Of a DNA stretch of 64,000 nucleotides, positions 36,308 to 43,963 are shown one piece after another (within the stretch, counting starts at the first letter, position 1; each line of letters begins with the position of its first letter). Below the pieces are notes generated by a model. The model had not been told where the DNA came from, did not search any database, and saw only the letters and a list, made by a program, of their open reading frames with translations. The position numbers and the translations under genes are program-made. This DNA is from a virus (Duplodnaviria > Caudoviricetes), in the IMG/VR virus record IMGVR_UViG_3300021255_000131, positions 47,049 through 111,048 of that record. The stretch is one strand, 5' to 3'.

Positions 36308-36336
36308 TTTTTATTTAAGGAAACAGAGGCCAAGGT

Positions 36337-36681
36337 ATGAATAAGGACTTCACAGTACAGATCGATTACATGAACCGCAATATGGATCACGTTGATCGTA
36401 AACAATATCTGTTCAATGAATATACTGGCATGCTTGAGCTCGAGATTAAACGCCTTATTCTCGATGTTGAGGATGCTTTTTATAAGCTGGAAGACGACAA
36501 GCAAAAGGATGAATGGTCTGCCGAAGCCAAGCAAAGCTTCGGCAGGATCCGTCATAAGCTGCTTGATATCGCCAACGCTGTTGGGCGCCTTCCGAAAACA
36601 CTTCATTACAAAGGCGTGTCTTGCTCTGAAATCAAGCTGTCTGATCTTATTGCGGACATCGTTGACAAATCTGCTAAGTAA
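36337..36681 (+). CDS. Hypothetical protein (114 aa)
   Basis: ORF in the neck module. Confidence 0.65.
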   Translation: MNKDFTVQIDYMNRNMDHVDRKQYLFNEYTGMLELEIKRLILDVEDAFYKLEDDKQKDEWSAEAKQSFGRIRHKLLDIANAVGRLPKTLHYKGVSCSEIKLSDLIADIVDKSAK

Positions 36682-36698
36682 CACAGGGGGAGAGGTCA

Positions 36699-37421
36699 AT
36701 GTCAAAAGCGTACGTGCCGGCTGGCACAAATAAACGGTTTTATATTCCGCCAACGTTGGCCTCAGACTTTACTGAATTTCTGAGCAACGATATTCCAGAT
36801 ACTGTAATGGACTTTATTGTATATCACGATTGGTATGACCAGTTCTTGGACGGATACGTGGACACTATCGTCAGAGGCGAAGTGTACCCGGACTCCTCCA
36901 AGAGCCGTTATACCAACATGGACAACAACATGAATATCCGTTGCAATGTCGATAGCGGCATCCGTAAAGGAGACATCGTCAAAGACGAAAATGGAAGGAT
37001 CTATATACTTGACTGGGAAGTGCATGAGCAAAGCAATAACGCACCCTCGCGGGCTTTACGTTGCAACATGTATCTGACCGTTGAGCATTTTTACAGAGAA
37101 GAGACAGATGACGAAGGCTATCTGATTAAAGAAGAGGGCTGGAAGCCGCTGTTTGAAAACCTTCCTTCTAACGGCTACAGATATGACGGCAGGCCGGAAT
37201 ACTCCGCGATCTCTGCTACTCCTGGCGTTACGCCTAACGCTCTGACGATCGTCACCGTGCAGTATAACGATAAAACGAAGTTTATCCGCATCGGTGATCG
37301 GTTCAACTGGGGCGGCGAGTATTTTGAAATCGTTGACGTCAACCGGATCGGTGTTTCGTTAGACGAAACCTTTGGCTGCATTACGCTGCAGGCAAAGAAG
37401 GCGGCGGGTGGTATTCAATGA
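36699..37421 (+). CDS. Putative head closure/neck protein
   Basis: Two beta-rich repeats (IRKGDIV; IRIGDRF); position. Confidence 0.55.
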   Translation: MSKAYVPAGTNKRFYIPPTLASDFTEFLSNDIPDTVMDFIVYHDWYDQFLDGYVDTIVRGEVYPDSSKSRYTNMDNNMNIRCNVDSGIRKGDIVKDENGRIYILDWEVHEQSNNAPSRALRCNMYLTVEHFYREETDDEGYLIKEEGWKPLFENLPSNGYRYDGRPEYSAISATPGVTPNALTIVTVQYNDKTKFIRIGDRFNWGGEYFEIVDVNRIGVSLDETFGCITLQAKKAAGGIQ

Positions 37422-37690
37422 GCTTGTTAAACACTGACGCTATCATGAAAAGAATCGACGATATAGTCAACGAAAAAGCGCACGGCATGTTGGATAAAAT
37501 GCTTGCTATTCTTGACTATGAGGGCCGTGTAGAGAAGACGGATTTGTCTCAGGTTACGGGCTCGGTTGAAAAGAAAGGCGACAATGAGTATAACATCGAG
37601 TTTCATCTCGGCGCCTTGAACGAAGACGAAAACAAACTCTTCAAAGAAATTTATTATCCAAACATGTTAATCAAAAGGAAGTGGGACTAA
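37418..37690 (+). CDS. Hypothetical protein (90 aa)
   Basis: Overlapping start/stop with both neighbours. Confidence 0.65.
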   Translation: MSLLNTDAIMKRIDDIVNEKAHGMLDKMLAILDYEGRVEKTDLSQVTGSVEKKGDNEYNIEFHLGALNEDENKLFKEIYYPNMLIKRKWD

Positions 37691-38157
37691 TGCCATCAGC
37701 ATGGATTTCAGAATGGAACACCATTCTCAGAAAGGTTATCTGGAAAGATGACAAGCTCAAAGAATTAATGATGATCCCTGACGGCACAGATATTATCACT
37801 TTCTTTGACAAATACTTTATCAGAGCTGGGTACGCAAACACCTTGGTTGAGCACGAAGACGTCCGCATCACATACGGCGTTATGGGAAACAGTGATACTG
37901 ATGTCCCAGACGTGAAACGGAATATGCTTAACTTTGACATCTATGTGAAAACAGAACATCTGCATGACGCAGACAGAGATCGGTTGCTTTATCGAACCGT
38001 TCTGATTGCGGACCGGCTTAAAGAAATGCTGAAGCGGAAAGATTTTATCGAAGGTACTGGTTATAAGTTCCGGCTCGCTGGCGAAGGCGAGCTCGGCACC
38101 CGTACGATTGGATACAGCAGATACGGTATCAGCTTCAGCTTTATGCGTGTTTATTAA
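37690..38157 (+). CDS. Putative tail terminator/completion protein
   Basis: Position before the major tail protein; LNFDIYV...DRLLYR...IADRLKEML. Confidence 0.6.
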   Translation: MPSAWISEWNTILRKVIWKDDKLKELMMIPDGTDIITFFDKYFIRAGYANTLVEHEDVRITYGVMGNSDTDVPDVKRNMLNFDIYVKTEHLHDADRDRLLYRTVLIADRLKEMLKRKDFIEGTGYKFRLAGEGELGTRTIGYSRYGISFSFMRVY

Positions 38158-38255
38158 CACACATTGATATATCTTGCGCGGATTCTGTGGGAGGTTTCCA
38201 AGCTTTATATGTCATCTGTGTTGGTAAAAATAAATTCGAAAGGAAGTGCTTCTGA

Positions 38256-40290
38256 ATGAGCACTTATATTGCCGCGTACAAAGGGTAAATAACATTGCCC
38301 CATATGACAGTGATGCCATATGCAAACTCACCTAAACGGAGGAAATCTTAAGCTTGGCAACTTAAGACTACTTACCGTGCTAAAGGTTGGAGATTGTTTA
38401 CGATTGTTCCATGATTATAGGATTATGTAACCAATCAAAAGCCTAACGATCATCCCTGATGGGAGTAGGGGCAAGTGTCCCGAAATGGTGAGCGTCTCAT
38501 TGAGACGGTGATATGATCTACTCTGCATGGCGACATGCAGCTGCCTTATTGGCGGCAGAAGCTTAACGAACTTCTGCGAATAATAGGATATCGCTGACGT
38601 TCCGCGCGTGTGGTTCCGTCGTTGCGATGGCCGCATTTTCTATTTTGACGAAATCACTCAGGCGAACGCCTCTCCTAACGTCCAGTATACCGAAATCAAC
38701 GCCGGTTGGTCTCTGTTCCCCGTTGCGTACTTACCCGGTCAGTCTACCATGGAAATCTCCATGACCTCCGGTCAGTTCAACGCCGACCTGTTCGCGCTGG
38801 CAAATGGTTCCAACTTCAAGGCCGACGCCGCCTATACCACTTACACCACCGAGCACCTGACGGTCGACGCTACTTCTCACAGCATCACCCTCACCAATAC
38901 GCCTGTGGCGCATAGCATTTCCATTGGCGGTATGGTTGAAGGTACGACCGCCGGCGCTGGCACTGAAGATACTGATAACCTCGACACCTTCGCGGTTGCC
39001 GAAAAGGTTATCACCCTGCCTGACGACGTCACTGGCGAAATCGAAGTTTCCTATGAGTATGTCGTGACCGACGCGAAGGTTGCCGAAATCGACAACCAGA
39101 CCTCCGCTATCGGCGAAGCTGTCTTCAAGTGGCCGGTATACAACTCTGGCGAAGACTGCACTGACGCCTCTATCAAGGGCTACGTTATCATGAAGGTGTA
39201 CCGCTGCCGCGTCAGTCAGATGCCCGGTTTCGATACAAGCTATAAATCTGCGGCTTAGTAATATAGGCCCCTATAATAGAAATATTATTTGAACAACCTG
39301 CTTAAACGGGGAACGTCTCAAAAGAGATAACCTACCGTGCTAAAAGCATAATTCCAAACGTCCTCAAGAAAGGACGTGTTTTATTATAGAAACGTATATT
39401 GTCTACATGCACGTGAATAAGATTAACGATAAAAAGTATATTGGTATTACCAAGAGAGAGCCTGACGAAAGATGGAAAAACGGAAGAGGCTATTCGAAGA
39501 ACGTACATTTTTACAGAGCTATTAAAAAGTACGGATGGGATAACTTTAACCATGTGATCCTTTGTGAAGGTTTGACAAAAGACGAAGCTTGCCAAACTGA
39601 AAAAGACTTAATTAAGAAGTATAAAACCACCGATGAAGAGTATGGTTATAACAACTGTGCTGGCGGCGAGGGTGTTTCCGGATATCGCCATACGGAAGCA
39701 ACAAAGAGAATTATTTCTGAACGTATGAAGGGTGAACATAATCCGAATTACGGTGGAGTACACAATACGCCGGAGCAAATGAAAAAACTTCTTGAAGCAA
39801 ATTTAGGATTAAAGCATACAGAAGAACATAAGAAAAAGATTGGAGAAGCTCTTAGAGGACAACATTATCACGATGAGACGTTTAAAAAAGCATTATCTGA
39901 AAGAGCATCTCATCCAGTTCAAAGAGATGACGGTGTTATATACAAATCTGTTAAAGAGGCTGCGGCCGCGATGGGTGTTTGCCGCGCAGCTATCAGCCAA
40001 TCGATCAAACGAAATCAAAAATCATGTGGATACGTTTGGAGTTATGTAAAAGCCTAACGACTATTCCGGAAGGAAGTAGAGCACAAGCGATTGGTGCTCG
40101 AAATGGCAGGGCTCTTCAATTTAAGAGCGTGATATAGTCTGCTCTGCACAGTGATGTGCAGCTGTACAACAGTACGGGCGCGGTGTAGCGAACCGCGCCG
40201 AACATAAGGACTAATAGCGTCACCTGGGCCACGATGGACCCGAAGCGTGACGACGGCAAAGCGTACAGCATTGCCTACGTTGCTGCCTAA
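38256..40290 (+). CDS. Major tail (tube) protein, spliced from exons 38256-38286, 38588-39255 and 40210-40290 (259 aa)
   Basis: Joining the exons gives a continuous frame MSTYIAAYKG-Y-IADVPRVWF...FDTSYKSAA-TNSVTWATMDPKRDDGKAYSIAYVAA*; position before the chaperones and TMP. Confidence 0.82.
38287..38587 (+). mobile_element. Group I intron 1 (301 nt, no ORF)
   Basis: P1 GGGU/GCCC with U:G at the 5' splice site; AAACGGAGGAA, ACCGTGCTAA, GCCTAACGATCATCC..GAGTAG, GATATGATCT core elements; terminal G; removal restores the frame. Confidence 0.88.
39256..40209 (+). mobile_element. Group I intron 2 (954 nt) carrying a homing endonuclease
   Basis: P1 GGCU/GGCC; AAACGGGGAA, ACCGTGCTAA, GCCTAACGACTATTCC, GATATAGTCT; P10 TAGT/ACTA; terminal G; removal restores the frame. 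Confidence 0.9.
39386..40057 (+). CDS. GIY-YIG homing endonuclease with NUMOD3/NUMOD1-like repeats; probable non-AUG start
   Basis: YIVYMHVNKINDKKYIGIT...RW...GYNNCAGG, HTEATKRIIS, HTEEHKKKIG, IYKSVKEAA; the first motif residues lie upstream of ATG 39407. Confidence 0.9.
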   Translation: METYIVYMHVNKINDKKYIGITKREPDERWKNGRGYSKNVHFYRAIKKYGWDNFNHVILCEGLTKDEACQTEKDLIKKYKTTDEEYGYNNCAGGEGVSGYRHTEATKRIISERMKGEHNPNYGGVHNTPEQMKKLLEANLGLKHTEEHKKKIGEALRGQHYHDETFKKALSERASHPVQRDDGVIYKSVKEAAAAMGVCRAAISQSIKRNQKSCGYVWSYVKA

Positions 40291-40383
40291 TTATAATTAA
40301 ATACTCAAGCGTTTATTAAGACTATATAAGGTTTAGCCGCGCAAGCGGTGTTATTAAGGCAGTCCTTTCTAATATACGCGATC

Positions 40384-40417
40384 AGGGGACACTGCCTTGT
40401 GCAGTGTCCCCTTTTTT
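40384..40417 (+). terminator. Rho-independent terminator after the tail tube gene
   Basis: AGGGGACACTGC/GCAGTGTCCCCT plus T-tract. Confidence 0.75.
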
Positions 40418-40445
40418 AAAACCATAAGGAATGAAGGTGTCTGTA

Positions 40446-40952
40446 ATGCTCGCAGAAGAAAAGCCGGTTCCGGAAGTTTTAGAAGAAGAAGTTCCAAAGC
40501 CGGCGCCAAACAAAAAGAGAAAAGTAATTCCGAAAGAGAATACTGCGCTCAAGGAAACACCTGAAGAAAAGAAGCTTGATAAAGCAATGCCGGTCGAGGT
40601 GAATCCTGAAAACTGCGTTACTATAAACGGCGAGACGATTGAAATAAAGCCGACGAAGCTGAAGTATCAGCGCAACCGTACGGCCGCCGCTTATCATATT
40701 CTCGAAGTCTATCCTCTCGCTGACATCTTAGCTTGGGACAAGGGCGTCGTTGATCCAGAGCGTGACGGAGATCAGGTCGTATTTGATTTCCTGATTGCTG
40801 TGTTCGACAACAGCAAGCTTGTTGCCAGGCTATACGACTCAATGACGACTGGCGATATAGAACGCATCCTTCAGATTTTTAAGCGTCTCAATAAAATTCA
40901 AGAGAAAGAGGACGCGGCAAAAAACCGGGCGGCCAAGGAAACGAATCGTTAA
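40446..40952 (+). CDS. Tail assembly chaperone (gpG-like)
   Basis: Position; ends ...AAKN with a slippery site. Confidence 0.75.
   Translation: MLAEEKPVPEVLEEEVPKPAPNKKRKVIPKENTALKETPEEKKLDKAMPVEVNPENCVTINGETIEIKPTKLKYQRNRTAAAYHILEVYPLADILAWDKGVVDPERDGDQVVFDFLIAVFDNSKLVARLYDSMTTGDIERILQIFKRLNKIQEKEDAAKNRAAKETNR
40919..40925 (+). other. Programmed -1 frameshift site A-AAA-AAC (G/GT type)
   Basis: The -1 frame is open from 40919 into ORF 40967-41254. Confidence 0.82.
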
Positions 40953-40966
40953 GCCTTGACGAAGCC

Positions 40967-41254
40967 GTGGCTATGATTGCAGTTTACCTTGGCGAAACAA
41001 ACGAAGACAACATCGACAATATGAGCTGGCCATTTTTCAACGACGTCTTGGCGGCTTTGGGTAAGCGCGTGAATTATGACGCTGTTGTCAACTATGCAGG
41101 AAACGCGTTTGCTAAAGACAGTTGGAAGATTATCCAGGAAGCTAATCCTATGACGAAGCCTAAGAAGATGAGCACGAGCTTTATCGACATGCTGAGTAAA
41201 CCGAACACGATGTCGAAGATCGAGGATCTTGGAGACTTGTCATGGGCGCAATAG
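40967..41254 (+). CDS. Tail assembly chaperone frameshift extension (gpT-like)
   Basis: No RBS of its own; IDNMSWPFF motif; reached by the -1 shift. Confidence 0.75.
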   Translation: MAMIAVYLGETNEDNIDNMSWPFFNDVLAALGKRVNYDAVVNYAGNAFAKDSWKIIQEANPMTKPKKMSTSFIDMLSKPNTMSKIEDLGDLSWAQ

Positions 41255-41346
41255 TACATAAACACTATTGCTTGCTGCGTGCTAAAGCACGCATGGCACA
41301 ATAGCGTATATACGTTACAATTATATTTTTCAAAGGAGATCTTATT

Positions 41347-41574
41347 ATGAACAAAGAGAACGCTGCTTATCAGTATTACGATATTATGGTCAACAACTAT
41401 CAGCGCTGGCAGATGAACGTCATCGACAGCAAGGCTTGCCGCGGGCGTTTTATTAACGCGGCGATCAACCTTGCTAAGCTGAATATGCCGAACCCGTTTA
41501 CGTTTGCGCAGACGCATGACAATGCTCAGGCTCGGCCTGTTGAACCCGGTATTGTGACAGCTGTTGCTGAATAA
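41347..41574 (+). CDS. Hypothetical protein (75 aa)
   Basis: AAGGAG RBS, followed by a hairpin. Confidence 0.65.
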   Translation: MNKENAAYQYYDIMVNNYQRWQMNVIDSKACRGRFINAAINLAKLNMPNPFTFAQTHDNAQARPVEPGIVTAVAE

Positions 41575-41633
41575 AATAAAAATACGCCCTGCGGCTTTGA
41601 GCGCCGCAGGGCGGTGTAAAGGAAGATAAGATT

Positions 41634-42269
41634 ATGATACAAGCGATTGAAACGTACTATAAAGGCTATCGATTCCGTTCGCGGCTTGAAGCAAGATGGG
41701 CTGTATTCTTTGATGAATGCGGCGTTGTCTGGGAGTACGAAAGCCAGGGTTACAAATGCAGTGACGGCACCTGTTATTTGCCGGATTTTCTGCTACACAA
41801 TGTCGCCGGCCGTGTTAATGGAGATTTATACGTAGAAGTCAAAGGACAGATGAACGACGCCGACGCCAAGAAGATCAAAGCTTTCGTTGCAGAAGGCATG
41901 ACCGAAGATAATAGATATACGAATACGCCTATATTGATTGTTGGCGATATACCTTATGGAGATACGATCGACGATGTTATTGAATGCATCTTCGAACGCG
42001 CATACGATGATCATGAGAAGTGGCCAAACTTCTACAACTTTGAAACAATTGACGGCGATTACTTTGCTGCTTATCCTGGTATCAATCGCAGAGGACAGTT
42101 TGAAATCTTCGGAGATGCCGTGCACTATCTTGGCAGAATGAACAGGCAGGCGACAGAACAAGCTTATCGTACCGCCAGGCAGGCGCGGTTTGAACACGGA
42201 GAGAGACCAGTCCAAACGTATCAGAATTGGTCAGATACCACATTACTTACAAACAGAAGATACAGATAA
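41634..42269 (+). CDS. PD-(D/E)xK-family nuclease, possibly a free-standing homing endonuclease
   Basis: FRSRLEARWAVFFD...WEYE...YLPDF...YVEVKG. Confidence 0.8.
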   Translation: MIQAIETYYKGYRFRSRLEARWAVFFDECGVVWEYESQGYKCSDGTCYLPDFLLHNVAGRVNGDLYVEVKGQMNDADAKKIKAFVAEGMTEDNRYTNTPILIVGDIPYGDTIDDVIECIFERAYDDHEKWPNFYNFETIDGDYFAAYPGINRRGQFEIFGDAVHYLGRMNRQATEQAYRTARQARFEHGERPVQTYQNWSDTTLLTNRRYR

Positions 42270-42377
42270 AACAATCTTTCAATATTTTGTAAAGGCGCCG
42301 ACGTGAACCGGCGCCTTGCGAGAGCATTAATCGAAGCTGCTGGTAACAGCTTTTAGTTTATCAATGACCGTCTTTTG

Positions 42378-42497
42378 TTATTTCATTTGTCTGGGCCAAT
42401 GCAGCTTAATCAAGCTGCACAGCATCCATTCGACGAACATGATAAAGCTACCAATTGTTCCGACGACTGAAATAAAATTCCAGAAGACTTCACTCAT
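42378..42497 (-). CDS. Type I toxin-like hydrophobic peptide (39 aa)
   Basis: MSEVFWNFISVVGTIGSFIMFVEWMLCSLIKLHWPRQMK; AAAGGAGG RBS, own promoter (TTGTTT-17-TAGAAT) and downstream hairpin. Confidence 0.65.
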   Translation of the reverse strand: MSEVFWNFISVVGTIGSFIMFVEWMLCSLIKLHWPRQMK

Positions 42498-42597
42498 GGC
42501 GATCGCCTCCTTTCTTTTGCTAATTCGGGAACGCGGGGGAAGGAGACGGTCTGCTCTCGCGTTCTCATTCTATCACAACAAAGAAAGGAAAACAATT

Positions 42598-43035
42598 ATG
42601 AATTATTTTGATATTGTTAATCAGGCTATTGAGCTTGTTGTCGTCGATGCCGGCAACGGCCTGTATTTTCTCGAACCTCGATATAAAGAAGTCCTGCGTG
42701 AAGCAGGACTGACGGAGCACGAAGAATCTATTGATCCCGAAGAGCTGTTTGAAGTTGTCAGGCTTGAAGTTGAAAAACGTAACACGCTTGGCAATCAGAT
42801 GAACGTTATTGCCGCTTGGGTCGCGGAGACAATCACTACAGTAATTGAGCCTGCTATTGCTCAGGAGCAGAACGAACTGATGAAGAATATGCTTGCCTAT
42901 CTCGAACGCGACAAAGAAGTCAAAGAGAAGGAAGCCGAACTTGAAGAAAAAGAAAAGGAATTAGACGTCAAGGAGAATGTCGGCAAGATTGTGCCGATGG
43001 GGATTAACCTGTCAAAGCGTAGGGCAGAGGAATAA
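42598..43035 (+). CDS. Hypothetical coiled-coil protein (start reassigned to 42598)
   Basis: GAAAGGA RBS before MNYFDIVNQ. Confidence 0.7.
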   Translation: MNYFDIVNQAIELVVVDAGNGLYFLEPRYKEVLREAGLTEHEESIDPEELFEVVRLEVEKRNTLGNQMNVIAAWVAETITTVIEPAIAQEQNELMKNMLAYLERDKEVKEKEAELEEKEKELDVKENVGKIVPMGINLSKRRAEE

Positions 43036-43039
43036 AACA

Positions 43040-43366
43040 TCAGAACGGATACTCTTCGCCGGCTTCTTTTTCAAAAGCAGCTTTGATTGGATGATCGTTG
43101 CCGTCGAAGAATTCAGGATACAAGACATGAGGTCTCATATTCCGGTTGGCGGCCATCAAATGCTTAGCAACGTTTAACTTGACAGCGCAGGGATCTGTAA
43201 TGCCTAAACGCTCGCCGTAGACCCATTCTAACTTTTGAAGAAATTCTTTTAGAAGAATCGCAGGATCATCCTGAACTTTAGGAACATCGTGGGTTGCAAA
43301 ATACTTTTCTTCATCGAAGCTGTCGATCATGTGCATGATGTCCGCCTGGTCGTCGTTGTAATTCAT
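43040..43366 (-). CDS. Moron-like hypothetical protein ending ...GEEYPF
   Basis: GGAGGTG RBS; antisense within the late arm. Confidence 0.72.
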   Translation of the reverse strand: MNYNDDQADIMHMIDSFDEEKYFATHDVPKVQDDPAILLKEFLQKLEWVYGERLGITDPCAVKLNVAKHLMAANRNMRPHVLYPEFFDGNDHPIKAAFEKEAGEEYPF

Positions 43367-43391
43367 AGGGCACCTCCATGTTTAATACGTT

Positions 43392-43880
43392 TTATATCAT
43401 AAGGAACAAAGTATATGATTTCATTTTATCATCCAAACAATTCGTAATCCAGTTTGTGTAGTCGTGCACGCCAGTAGCTAAAGCGCTGTATAAAGTAACA
43501 GCGGCTGCTTTATCATAGATTCTACCATCTGGCAAGAAATAACTGTGTTCGCAAACCCAGAACGGGCTGTAAGATCTGTTTGCATGATTATAGTCGGCAC
43601 ACAGATAAAATAGATTACTATGGTAATTACCAAAATCATATATGATTTCCATTCGCGCCAATACAACAAAATGATAGCTCGCATTACTACTTTTGTTTTC
43701 GTAATCGACGGGAAAACTACGACCAGGTGTAAGCGTTAAGTTTTTGTAGACAACCTTATTCTTTGAGTCGAAGGTTTGAGCCATTCTGTTATAATCGTTT
43801 TCAATTAAACGCATATAAGTAGGATCAGATAGTGTAAACATGTAAGCATCGTTTAAACAGTCAAACAACCTCTGTTCCAT
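43392..43880 (-). CDS. Moron-like hypothetical protein (162 aa, AT-rich)
   Basis: AAGGAGGTG RBS; own sigmaA promoter. Confidence 0.75.
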   Translation of the reverse strand: MEQRLFDCLNDAYMFTLSDPTYMRLIENDYNRMAQTFDSKNKVVYKNLTLTPGRSFPVDYENKSSNASYHFVVLARMEIIYDFGNYHSNLFYLCADYNHANRSYSPFWVCEHSYFLPDGRIYDKAAAVTLYSALATGVHDYTNWITNCLDDKMKSYTLFLMI

Positions 43881-43907
43881 AATGCACCTCCTTATGTAGG
43901 TGCATTA

Positions 43908-43936
43908 AGTCTACCACACCGGAATTATAAAGTCAA
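43908..43936 (-). promoter_or_regulatory. sigmaA-type promoter for the two-gene moron
   Basis: TTGACT-17 bp-TAGACT with extended -10 TG. Confidence 0.65.
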
Positions 43937-43963
43937 ACAAAATAAGCAAAAGGAGGAAAACAC

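Noticed and set aside
42364-42597. N-terminal extension of ORF 42364-43035
   Set aside because: It overlaps the minus-strand peptide locus, and a better RBS lies before ATG 42598.
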